This document shows positions 9,664 through 17,625 of a stretch of 64,000 bases of DNA, in pieces. The stretch spans positions 655,504 to 719,503 of the forward strand of contig OY282355.1 in assembly GCA_958295525.1 (NCBI GenBank), written 5' to 3'. Origin of the DNA: an uncultured Dehalococcoidia bacterium (GTDB lineage: Bacteria; Chloroflexota; Dehalococcoidia; Lucifugimonadales; Australimonadaceae). Each line of letters starts with the position of its first letter. The first letter of the stretch is position 1. The notes beneath the pieces are model-generated. The model was not told where the DNA came from. It made no database searches and worked only from the letters and a program-made list of their open reading frames with translations. Made by a program: the position numbers and the translations under genes.

Positions 9664-9692
9664 ACCCTACATTCCGCACCCGTCGTTTGCAA
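9664..9692 (-). promoter_or_regulatory. Promoter candidate for the dcm operon
   Basis: On the minus strand: TTGCAA (9692-9687), 17-nt spacer, TAGGGT (9669-9664), about 35 nt upstream of the dcm ATG. Confidence 0.3.
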
Positions 9693-9942
9693 GGGCTTGG
9701 CGTTGCGGGGAAACGGCGTCTAGCCCCCCCGTGTGGTGGCATTCGCCCCGCTATGACGGACGACGCGCAGTTGCAAGCGTTGCGGGAGCAGGTCGCGCTG
9801 GCGAACCGCTTGCCGCATCACTACGGGCTGGGAGTGTATCAGGGGCACGTTAGCGCGCGGGCGCCGGGCTCCGCGCCTTCCGCAAGCCGCTTGGCCTCGT
9901 CCCGCCCTGCGCGATGCGCGCGTTCGTGCTAACCTTGCGCGC

Positions 9943-11430
9943 ATGACAACGCCAAGCCTCACCGCAGACGTCATTATTATCGGCGCGGGCAACGCCGCCC
10001 TGTGCGCCGCGCTCGCCGCCCGCGAGGCCGGCAAGTCGGTCGCCGTTCTCGAAAAGGCGCCGGAGCCGATGCGCGGCGGCAACACCTACTTCACCGGCGG
10101 CGCCATCCGCTTCGCCTACAACGGCGTCGAGGAGGTCGTCCAACTCGTTCCCGACCTCTCGCAGGCGGAACTCGACGTGATGGAGGTCGGCTCCTACACG
10201 GAGGGGCAGTATTTCGACGATCTGATGCGGGTGACGGAGGGGCTCTCCGATCAGGAGATGGCGGACGCGCTCGTTCGGCAGTCGTTCCCGACGATGCGGT
10301 GGATGCACGCGCAGGGCGTCCGGTTCGTGCCGTCGTGGACGCATCAGGCGTTCAAGGTGGACGGCAAGTTCCGCTTCTGGGGCGGCCTCTGCCTGCAGGC
10401 CGTCGGCGGCGGCAAGGGCCTCTCCGACCAACTCTTCGAGATCGCCATCGAGCGCGGAGTGGACATTCGCTACGAGCACGCCGCGATGCGCCTGGAGCAG
10501 GACGAATCGGGGCGCGTTCGCGGGGTGACCGCGCAGACGCCGGAGGGGCGCCGCATGCTGACGGGCGGGGCGGTCGTGCTCGCCTGCGGAGGCTTCGAGG
10601 CGAACCCGGAGATGCGCGCGCGCTACCTCGGCCCCGGCTGGGAACTCGCCAAAGTGCGGGGCGTCCGCTACAACACGGGAGACGGGCACCGGATGGCGTT
10701 CGAGGTCGGCGCGCAGGCGTTCGGCCACTACAGCGGATGCCACGCCGTCGCGTGGGACCTCAACGCGCCGCCGTTCGGCAACCGCTCGGTGACCGACCTG
10801 TATCAGAAGCACTCCTACCCGTTCGGCCTCATCGTCAACGTCAACGGCGAGCGCTTCGTGGACGAGGGCGCGGACTTCCGCAACTACACCTACGCCAAGT
10901 ACGGCAAGCAGATTCTCTTCCAGCCGGAGCGCGCCGCCTTTCAGATTTTCGATCAGAAGACGCTTCACTTGCTCCGCGACGAGTACCGGATACCGCAGGT
11001 GACGAAGGGCGAGGCGAGCACTCTAGAAGAACTGGCGTGGCAACTGGGGATAAACCCGGAAGGGTTGGCGCGGACGGTCGCGGAGTACAACGCGGGCTGC
11101 CGGCCGGGCGATTACAACCCCACTGAACTGGACGGGGTGCATACGCGAAACGTGCAGCCGCCCAAGACGAACTGGGCGCTTCCGCTGGATACGCCGCCTT
11201 ACGAGGGCTACGCCGTGACGTGCGGCATAACTTTCACGTTCGGCGGCCTCCGCATAGACCGCCGCGCGCAGGTGATGGACACCGCCGACAACCCTATCCC
11301 CGGCCTCTACGCGGCGGGCGAAATCGTCGGCGGGCTCTTCTACCACAACTACGCCGGGGGCGCGGGCCTGATGCAGGGCTCCGTGTTCGGCAAAATCGCC
11401 GGCGCCTCCGCGGCGGAGGACGTTGGGTAG
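9943..11430 (+). CDS. FAD-dependent dehydrogenase, TcuA (tricarballylate dehydrogenase)-like
   Basis: 495 aa. 'DVIIIGAGNAALCAALAARE', 'GGNTYFTGGAIRF', 'GLYAAGEIVGGLFYHNYAGGAGL'. Confidence 0.75.
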   Translation: MTTPSLTADVIIIGAGNAALCAALAAREAGKSVAVLEKAPEPMRGGNTYFTGGAIRFAYNGVEEVVQLVPDLSQAELDVMEVGSYTEGQYFDDLMRVTEGLSDQEMADALVRQSFPTMRWMHAQGVRFVPSWTHQAFKVDGKFRFWGGLCLQAVGGGKGLSDQLFEIAIERGVDIRYEHAAMRLEQDESGRVRGVTAQTPEGRRMLTGGAVVLACGGFEANPEMRARYLGPGWELAKVRGVRYNTGDGHRMAFEVGAQAFGHYSGCHAVAWDLNAPPFGNRSVTDLYQKHSYPFGLIVNVNGERFVDEGADFRNYTYAKYGKQILFQPERAAFQIFDQKTLHLLRDEYRIPQVTKGEASTLEELAWQLGINPEGLARTVAEYNAGCRPGDYNPTELDGVHTRNVQPPKTNWALPLDTPPYEGYAVTCGITFTFGGLRIDRRAQVMDTADNPIPGLYAAGEIVGGLFYHNYAGGAGLMQGSVFGKIAGASAAEDVG

Positions 11431-11437
11431 GAGGGTG

Positions 11438-11970
11438 ATGGCGATGTCCGTCGACTGCTGCCGTCCCGATTGGCTTGACGCGGACCCTAGCGGTCACCGC
11501 CTCTGGCTATGCCGCCGTGTAGGAGAAGGTCCGGATGCGCTGTTGGTGATGTGCAACCCGAGCACGGCCGACGACCGTGATGATGACTGGACCATCAAGA
11601 GCGTCAAGCGCATTTTCGGCCACCACGGGTTTGGCTGCATCACAGTGGTCAACCTGTTCACCAAGCGGGAGACCGACCAGAGAATGTTGGATTGCGGCGA
11701 CCCGGCGTCCAACGATTCGCAGGCGGATAACGTTCTGCGCCGGGCATTCCAAGAGCATGAGACCGTCATATTCGCATGGGGCGCCGGTTCGCAGGTTAAG
11801 CGCCGATGCGCTTACGGGAAACGGCGGATGCTGTCGAAAAGATGGCATCTGAAGCAAAGAGGGAGCCGTTATGCCTGGGCGTGACGAATGAAGGGTTCCC
11901 GCGCCATCCCGCCCGCCTCCCCACAACCACTTGCCTCATCCCATTGCGCGAGGCGCGTGAGAGTAAGTAG
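11438..11970 (+). pseudogene. DUF1643-family gene with an apparent frameshift
   Basis: From ATG 11438 (GGAGG upstream) the frame reads 'LLVMCNPSTADDRDDDWTIKSVKRIF...VVNLFTKRET...VIFAWGAG', then becomes Arg/Lys-rich junk ending at 11884. The family C-terminus 'LRETADAVEKMASEAKREPLCLGVTNEGFPRHP' is in the frame one base back (open 11800..11970). Confidence 0.6.
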
Positions 11971-12053
11971 ATACGTGACGTGGGCGCGCCGCACGGCAGG
12001 AAGCCATCGTCCGCCGTTCCCGCGTCAACTTGGCGTTCAGCGGAGCGAGAGGG

Positions 12054-12395
12054 TTACGCCACGGGAGAAGTTTCCGTCAGCCGGACTGCTTGCACGTGGA
12101 GGCGCACTCCCTCGCGGCGCTGGATCTGATTCAGCGTCTCGAAGAGGTTTTGGGCGCGCGGGTTCCCCTTTGGGCCGAACATACGCATAAGGCTCTTCGG
12201 AGGCTTGCTCATGATCGCGCCCAGTTCTTCGAACCCGATGGCGGCGTTGATGTAGTCGCGCAGCATAATCTTCGCCGCTTCCAACTCGCCGTTGAGCAGG
12301 CATTCGACGCTCTCTTGCAGCAGCCCCTCTCGGAAAGCAGGGTCGCGCCGCGCCCGGGCGCGCACGGTCTCGTTGAAGTCTTTGGTTAGCGGCAT
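12054..12395 (-). CDS. HTH 'addiction module antidote' (HigA/COG3636-like) regulator, orphan
   Basis: 113 aa. 'FNETVRARARRDPAFREGLLQE', 'LEAAKIMLRDYINA' and 'GNPRAQNLFETLNQI' resemble this antitoxin family. No killer-protein gene is adjacent. Confidence 0.6.
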   Translation of the reverse strand: MPLTKDFNETVRARARRDPAFREGLLQESVECLLNGELEAAKIMLRDYINAAIGFEELGAIMSKPPKSLMRMFGPKGNPRAQNLFETLNQIQRREGVRLHVQAVRLTETSPVA

Positions 12396-12463
12396 GGCTC
12401 CCTCGAGGTTGCGCGCTTGTTGGCAGGTTCACACGCGGCGAGGCGCGACAGGCGGGGCGCCGC

Positions 12464-12682
12464 CTACCACGGGGTGAAGACGATGTATTTGACGGCGGCC
12501 ACCAAAACCGTGGCGCCAATCCCGCCTCCGATCCACTTGATCCAATTGATGGACGTTCGCAAGTCCGTGATGTTGTCCCGGATGCTGGGGCTGTCCGTGA
12601 AGATGGCGGAGTAGACCTGCCGCGTCATATCCTCTAGGCTGATGCCCTCCGACGGGTTGCGGGGCGGGCTAGCGGCGGTCAT
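12464..12682 (-). CDS. Small tail-anchored membrane protein (72 aa)
   Basis: ORF 12464..12730. Start moved to ATG 12682 (GGAGG 5 nt upstream). C-terminal TM 'WIGGGIGATVLVAAVKYIVF'. No family assigned. Confidence 0.45.
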   Translation of the reverse strand: MTAASPPRNPSEGISLEDMTRQVYSAIFTDSPSIRDNITDLRTSINWIKWIGGGIGATVLVAAVKYIVFTPW

Positions 12683-12822
12683 AACGCCCTCCTTCGATTT
12701 CATTCTGAACAAGCCGCCAACGCCTGTCAAGCGCGGGCTGTCCCAACTCCCTCATTTGACACATCGGCGGCGCAGGCGTATGTTCGCGGGGGCGCAGACG
12801 AAATAGGGTAGGGAGGGAGACG

Positions 12823-13839
12823 ATGGCCGCGAAAGTGCAACTCAGTTTCATATCCGCGCGCAACGAGCGCGTGGCCAAACTCCTCGACGGCGAGGTCCCG
12901 GTCGAGGGCGTCGAACTCGTGTGGACGAACTCCGACCCGTCCGAGACCTTCTGGCGGCAGTTGAAGTTCGAGGAGTTCGAGGTCTGCGAGATGTCGTTCT
13001 CGTCGCTGCTGATCGCCAAGGCGCGGGGCAGCGATATGGTCGCCATCCCCGTGTTCCCCTCGCGCCGCTTTATGCACGCGCTGCTGTCGGTCAACGTCAA
13101 CTCCGGCGTCGAGAAGGCCGGCGACCTCTACGGGAAGCGCATCGGCGTCGGCGAGTACCAGCAGACCGCGTCGCTGTGGACGCGGGGCGTTTTGCAGCAC
13201 GACTTCGGCGTCGACCAGTTCAGCGTCGAGTGGTGGATGGAGCGCTCGGAGGAGTTGAGCCACGGCGGGGCGACCGGCTTCGAGCCGATGGAGGGCATCA
13301 AGTTCAACCGCATTCCGACGGACAAGAGCCTCGCCACGATGCTCACGCGGGGGGAACTCGACGCCGCGTCCATAGGCCGCGCGTTCTCCTCCGAGAAGAA
13401 CGTCATCGACCGCTCGACCACCATCCGCCCGAAGCCGGAGGAGTTCGCCAACGTCAAGCCGCTCTTCCCGGACTTCATCGGGGAGGGGAAGCGCTTCTTC
13501 GACGCGCACGGCTACATTCCGGCGAACCACTGCTACGCCATTCGCGGGGACGTTCACCGCAAGCATCCGTGGGTCGCGTTCAACCTCTACGCCGCTTTCG
13601 TCCGCGCCAAAGAGGAGTGGTACGCCGAACTTTCGAGCAAGGTGCCGAGCGACCTGATCTTCGGCGGGCAGTACCTCGCCCAGACGCGCGGGATCTTCGG
13701 CCCCGACCCGTTCACCTACGGCGTTCGGGGCAACGAGACGATGATCGAGACGATGATCGGCTTCTCCCACGAGCAAGGCTTCATTCCGCGCAAGCCTGCG
13801 ATGGAGGAACTCTTCGCCGCTCCGCTCCTCGACCTCTAG
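12823..13839 (+). CDS. PhtD-like (4,5-dihydroxyphthalate decarboxylase-like / NMT1 binding-protein fold) protein
   Basis: 338 aa. 'FEVCEMSFSSLLIAKARGSDMVAIPVFPSRRF' and 'GKRIGVGEYQQTASLWTRGVLQHDFGV'. Paralogous to 35251..36168 and 36778..37746. Confidence 0.55.
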   Translation: MAAKVQLSFISARNERVAKLLDGEVPVEGVELVWTNSDPSETFWRQLKFEEFEVCEMSFSSLLIAKARGSDMVAIPVFPSRRFMHALLSVNVNSGVEKAGDLYGKRIGVGEYQQTASLWTRGVLQHDFGVDQFSVEWWMERSEELSHGGATGFEPMEGIKFNRIPTDKSLATMLTRGELDAASIGRAFSSEKNVIDRSTTIRPKPEEFANVKPLFPDFIGEGKRFFDAHGYIPANHCYAIRGDVHRKHPWVAFNLYAAFVRAKEEWYAELSSKVPSDLIFGGQYLAQTRGIFGPDPFTYGVRGNETMIETMIGFSHEQGFIPRKPAMEELFAAPLLDL

Positions 13840-13903
13840 CCCTCCGGGGATAGGGCAGGGGAGCGGGCGAAACGGCCAAACGCAACGCAAAAGGAGGCGC
13901 GCA

Positions 13904-14914
13904 ATGTTCGACGGCAAGAAGGTCATAGACGTCCACGGCCACATGACCACGCCCCCGGCGTTCCGGGGAACCATCGCCAACTGGGTTTCGCAGAACACCG
14001 GCCCCAGCAACCACGGGGCGTTCCCTGAAATCTCGGACGAGGCGATGGCCAACGCCAACAAGCGCCACCTGGATATGCTGGACGACCACAGCATCGACTA
14101 CCAGTTGATCTCGCCGCGCCCCATCGCGATGTGGCACTGGATGCGCCCGCACCTGCAGTACGACTGGGCGCATTTCACCAACGACGTCATCGCCCAGATA
14201 ATGCGCCTCTGGCCGGAGCGCTTCGGCGGCGTCGCCCAACTCCCACAGAACCGCGACCTCGACTCTTCCCATCTCGTCGAGGAGTTGGAGCGCGCCGTCG
14301 GCGAACTGGGCTTTGTCGGCGCGCTCGTCAACCCCGATCCCGCGGGCGACCGGATGACGCCGGGGATGAACGAGAAGTACTGGTATCCCCTCTACGAGAA
14401 GGCGCAAGCCCTCAACGCCGTGCTGATGATCCACCCCTCCGTCAGTTACGACAAACGCTGGGAGATCGTCCCCGCCAACTACCAGATGAACAACGTCATC
14501 GAGGAGTACGTGGCGATGCAACTGCTGGAGCACGGGCGCGTGTTCGACGACTTCCCCGACCTCAAGGTGTTCATCTGCCACGGCGGAGGCGCGCTCCACC
14601 GCTTCATCGAGAACGACTACCACCGCGGCCACCGCGACCTCACGAACAACCTCTGGTTCGACTCCTGCGTCTTGGAGCGCGACCTGCTGGAGGCGATGAT
14701 CAAGCAGAAGACGCCGCGCCGCGTCCTCTTCGGCACCGAGGCTCCGGGCTCCGGCGGCGCCAAACGCCCCGAGTCCGGCTTGCCGAGCGACGACCTTGTT
14801 CCCGTCATTGGCGAGATCGGCTTCCTCTCCGACGAGGACAAATTGGATATCTTCCGCGAAAACGCCTTCCGCGCCATCCCGCTCCTCGACCCCAACCTCC
14901 CCGGCGTCCAATAG
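13904..14914 (+). CDS. Amidohydrolase_2 (ACMSD/LigW-type decarboxylase-hydrolase) family
   Basis: 336 aa. 'VIDVHGHM' metal motif, 'FVGALVNP', 'LMIHPS', 'FICHGGGAL', 'LFGTEAP'. Confidence 0.8.
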   Translation: MFDGKKVIDVHGHMTTPPAFRGTIANWVSQNTGPSNHGAFPEISDEAMANANKRHLDMLDDHSIDYQLISPRPIAMWHWMRPHLQYDWAHFTNDVIAQIMRLWPERFGGVAQLPQNRDLDSSHLVEELERAVGELGFVGALVNPDPAGDRMTPGMNEKYWYPLYEKAQALNAVLMIHPSVSYDKRWEIVPANYQMNNVIEEYVAMQLLEHGRVFDDFPDLKVFICHGGGALHRFIENDYHRGHRDLTNNLWFDSCVLERDLLEAMIKQKTPRRVLFGTEAPGSGGAKRPESGLPSDDLVPVIGEIGFLSDEDKLDIFRENAFRAIPLLDPNLPGVQ

Positions 14915-14943
14915 CGCGAACCCGCCTCGAATCGGAACCGCGG

Positions 14944-14976
14944 CCTAGCCCCTTCCGCCTAGCGGGAGGGGCTAGG
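14944..14976. terminator. Hairpin between convergent genes (weak terminator candidate)
   Basis: 10-bp perfect stem cctagcccct / aggggctagg with a 13-nt loop. No clear U-tract on either strand. Confidence 0.25.
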
Positions 14977-15002
14977 GCAGGCTGCGGGAACTCGGGAATT
15001 CT

Positions 15003-15578
15003 TTATTCCTCCAGCGCTTCCGCGAGCGTCGTCAACTCCGCGCCGTTGATCCGCATCAGATGCAGGGCGCGCTCGCCGTCGCCGGGCTCCACGTTCAGCG
15101 CGCCCACCGCATCCGTCAGCATCCGCGTCTCGTAGCCGTTGGCGAGCGCGTCGATCACGGTGTTCAGCACGCCGTAGTCCGCAGCCAGCCCGCCGACCGC
15201 GACGCGCCGAATCCCGCGCGCCCGCAATTGCGCGTCGAGGTCGGAGTCCACGAATCCGGAGTAGGCGTCCTTGCTCGCGCCTTTGCGGACGATGACCGTT
15301 CCTTCCGGCAACGTCAGCGCGGGGTGGAACTCGGCGCCGCGAGAGCCCTGAACGCAATGCTCCGGCCACTGGCCGCCCTGCGGCGCGAACGACGGATGGC
15401 CGGAGGGATGCCAGTCTTGCGTTGCGAACACGGCGCCTCCGCGCTGCGCGAACGCGGCGGCGGCGGCCGTCATCGCCCGCGCCACCGCCTCGCCCGAGGC
15501 GACGGGCGTCGCGCCGCCCGGGCAGAGGTCGTTTTGCACGTCAACGATGATCAGCGCGTCCCGCTCCGTCACGCCCAT
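15003..15578 (-). CDS. Nicotinamidase/pyrazinamidase-like isochorismatase-family protein lacking the nucleophilic Cys
   Basis: 191 aa. 'LIIVDVQNDLCPGG', metal site 'QDWHPSGHPSF...WPEHCV', 'VRKGA' Lys. The expected 'TDxCV' motif reads 'ADYGV' (Gly136 codon GGC at 15171-15173). Confidence 0.75.
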   Translation of the reverse strand: MGVTERDALIIVDVQNDLCPGGATPVASGEAVARAMTAAAAAFAQRGGAVFATQDWHPSGHPSFAPQGGQWPEHCVQGSRGAEFHPALTLPEGTVIVRKGASKDAYSGFVDSDLDAQLRARGIRRVAVGGLAADYGVLNTVIDALANGYETRMLTDAVGALNVEPGDGERALHLMRINGAELTTLAEALEE

Positions 15579-15680
15579 CGCGCTCCTCCTGCAAGGCGCC
15601 TTCTGTTCGTCTCGCGCCGCGGCTCGTATGCTACGCCGCGCCGGTTGGGGCGTATGCTACAATTCTCAGGGAGTTCGGCA

Positions 15681-16478
15681 ATGGCTACGGCTACGATCAA
15701 CACCATAGAGGACCTGATCCGCGTCCTCGACGAGAATCCCGAATGGCTCGAGGCGATGCGGGCACGGCTTCTCACGCGCGAACTCATCGAATTGCCCCGC
15801 CGCTTCGCGGAGTTCGCCGCCTCCGCGGACCAGCGTTTCGACGAACAGGGGAGAGTCCTCGCGCAGCTCAGCAAGATCCTCGCCGAGCACAGCGAAATCC
15901 TCGCCGAGCACAACAAGACGCTTGCCGAGCACGGCAAGATCCTCGCTGAGCATACCCAGATCCTTGCCGGGCACACCGAAGCCATCGCCCGCCTCGAACG
16001 GCTCTCCGCAGACCACAGCGCGGAATTCGTGGCGATCAGACGCGAACTGCGACTCCTCCGCGACGAAGTCGGCGACCTCAAGGGGCCCCGCCCCGAAGAA
16101 GAGGCCGCCAAAGACATCGCCTTCATCGCCGAGGAATTGGGGCTCGATTTCACTCGCGTCTTGACCAGAGACGATCTCCTAACCCTTCTCCGCGCGCAGC
16201 CGTTGCCCGACCTGTCCGGCAACGTTCGCAACAGTTTCACGAAGGCGGACATCGTCGCGGAGGCCGCCGACCAGTCCGGCGAGACGCGCTATATCGCAGT
16301 GGAAGTCTCCTACACGGTCAACGGGAGGGATACGGAGCGGGCGGTCCGCAACGCCGCAATCCTCGCGCGCCTCACCGGCAAGCCCGCCCGGGCCGTCGTC
16401 GCCGGATATCGCGTTGACGACCGTGTGCGCGCCCTCATCGAATCCGGCGAGGTCTTCTGGCGCGAACTAGAGAGGTAG
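15681..16478 (+). CDS. Coiled-coil protein with heptad 'ILAEHxx' repeats and a C-terminal PD-(D/E)xK-like domain
   Basis: ORF 15060..16478. Start moved to ATG 15681 (MATATINTIEDLIRVL). Five tandem heptads. C-terminus 'KADIVAEA...RYIAVEVSYTV' resembles a restriction-endonuclease-fold core. Confidence 0.6.
   Translation: MATATINTIEDLIRVLDENPEWLEAMRARLLTRELIELPRRFAEFAASADQRFDEQGRVLAQLSKILAEHSEILAEHNKTLAEHGKILAEHTQILAGHTEAIARLERLSADHSAEFVAIRRELRLLRDEVGDLKGPRPEEEAAKDIAFIAEELGLDFTRVLTRDDLLTLLRAQPLPDLSGNVRNSFTKADIVAEAADQSGETRYIAVEVSYTVNGRDTERAVRNAAILARLTGKPARAVVAGYRVDDRVRALIESGEVFWRELER
15876..15980 (+). repeat. 5 x 21-bp in-frame tandem repeat
   Basis: atcctcgccgagcacagcgaa / atcctcgccgagcacaacaag / acgcttgccgagcacggcaag / atcctcgctgagcatacccag / atccttgccgggcacaccgaa. 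Confidence 0.9.
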
Positions 16479-16697
16479 CGGCGCCGGTCTGCGCGGGATA
16501 TTCCGCTTGCATAGAGCGCCGAATCAATGCTGCGGGCTCCTTGCGCGGCGGAATGACGGCGGAATGACGGCGGACTGCGTCCGCCAGGAGTAGCGCCATC
16601 GCCCGTCCGCTATGCGGGGGCAATCCCTCACCATCCCGAGTAGGCGAGGAACCGCAGCGTCTGCGGACTTCCTTGCTTGCCTGCGCGAGGCGTGCGC

Positions 16698-17366
16698 CTA
16701 GCGAGGGAGCGTTCCGCGCCCGCGCATTGCGAATCCGACGGCGGCGAGTAGGCCGCCTGCGGCGAGCGTGAGCGTGAGGGCGAGCGCTTGCGCCTCGCCC
16801 GTTTGGCCTGTTTGGACGGCTTCGTAGATTGCGATGGGCATCGTGCGGGTGCGTCCGGGGATGCTTCCGGCCACCATCAGCGTCGCGCCGAATTCGCCCA
16901 TTGCGCGGGCGAGGGCGAGGCTGACGCCGGTCATTACGGAGCGCCACGCGAGCGGGAGGGTGATGCGCGTGAATACGCTCCACTCGTTTTGCCCCAGCGT
17001 GCGCGCCGCGTCCTCCAACGTGTGGTCAACGGACTCGAAGCCCGTTTGCGCCGAGCGAATGAGAAACGGGACGGAGACGGCGAACGCCGCGAGCATCGCG
17101 CCGCTCCATTCGAAGACGAAGGAGAAGCCGAACGCGGCGTCGAGCGCGGAGCCCAGGGGGGAGTTGCGCCCGACGGCGAGCAGCAGGTAGTAGCCAAGCA
17201 CGGTGGGGGGCAGCGCCATCGGGAGGAGCACGGCGGTCGAGAGGAGGCGCTGCGCCCACCCGCGCATCCGCGAGAGGCCCCACGCGGCGGGCACGCCGAT
17301 CAGCGCGGCGAGCGCCGTGCTCGCAAGGCTCGTCTGAAGGCTCAGGCGCAGCGCATCCCAGTCCAA
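16698..17366 (-). CDS. modB: Molybdate ABC transporter permease
   Basis: 222 aa. 'LLPMALPPTVLGYYLL', EAA loop 'LEDAARTLGQNEWSVF' and 'GEFGATLMVAG' are typical of ModB. Confidence 0.85.
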   Translation of the reverse strand: MDWDALRLSLQTSLASTALAALIGVPAAWGLSRMRGWAQRLLSTAVLLPMALPPTVLGYYLLLAVGRNSPLGSALDAAFGFSFVFEWSGAMLAAFAVSVPFLIRSAQTGFESVDHTLEDAARTLGQNEWSVFTRITLPLAWRSVMTGVSLALARAMGEFGATLMVAGSIPGRTRTMPIAIYEAVQTGQTGEAQALALTLTLAAGGLLAAVGFAMRGRGTLPR

Positions 17367-17625
17367 CGGGTTGCTCCTTCTCGCAGGCGGCGTTGCGCCG
17401 CCGGGATTCCCGCCTATGCGGTCAGGGCGGTAAGTTACGCAATTTTAGGGGACGCCCAATAAAGTCAAGCGCAAGCGTGGGAGAGCTCCTCTACGGAGAC
17501 GTTGCATCGCTTCCAGGCTCCAGTAGATTCCGCTTCGCGGTCAGGACGCGGCTCTGGGTGAGAGTGGAGCGCGGCGTTCGCGCCGCCTGCCGAATTCTTG
17601 CCCACCGCCGTTGCTGGACATCCTC

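Noticed and set aside
8603-9742. Full 379-aa Dcm ORF starting at 9742
   Set aside because: The first 38 residues are Arg/Pro/Gly-rich and precede motif I by an atypically long distance. ATG 9628 gives the usual short N-terminus, although its RBS spacing is not ideal, so the start remains uncertain.
9850-10968. 372-aa minus ORF opposite the TcuA-like gene
   Set aside because: Arg/Ala/Glu/Val-rich low-information sequence. The + strand product has clear FAD-enzyme motifs.
12727-14094. 455-aa minus ORF
   Set aside because: Antisense to the PhtD-like gene and the amidohydrolase gene start. Arg/Leu/Ala-rich with no motifs.
17470-17600. Molybdenum-cofactor riboswitch upstream of modB
   Set aside because: The superficially similar 'GGAATCTACTGGAGCCTGGAAGC' stretch is better explained as a degenerate REP-B element (compare CCAGTAGGTTCCCGCTTTCGCGGGAATGAC). 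The conserved Moco-motif helices could not be built by eye. A covariance-model scan (Rfam Moco RNA motif) would settle it.
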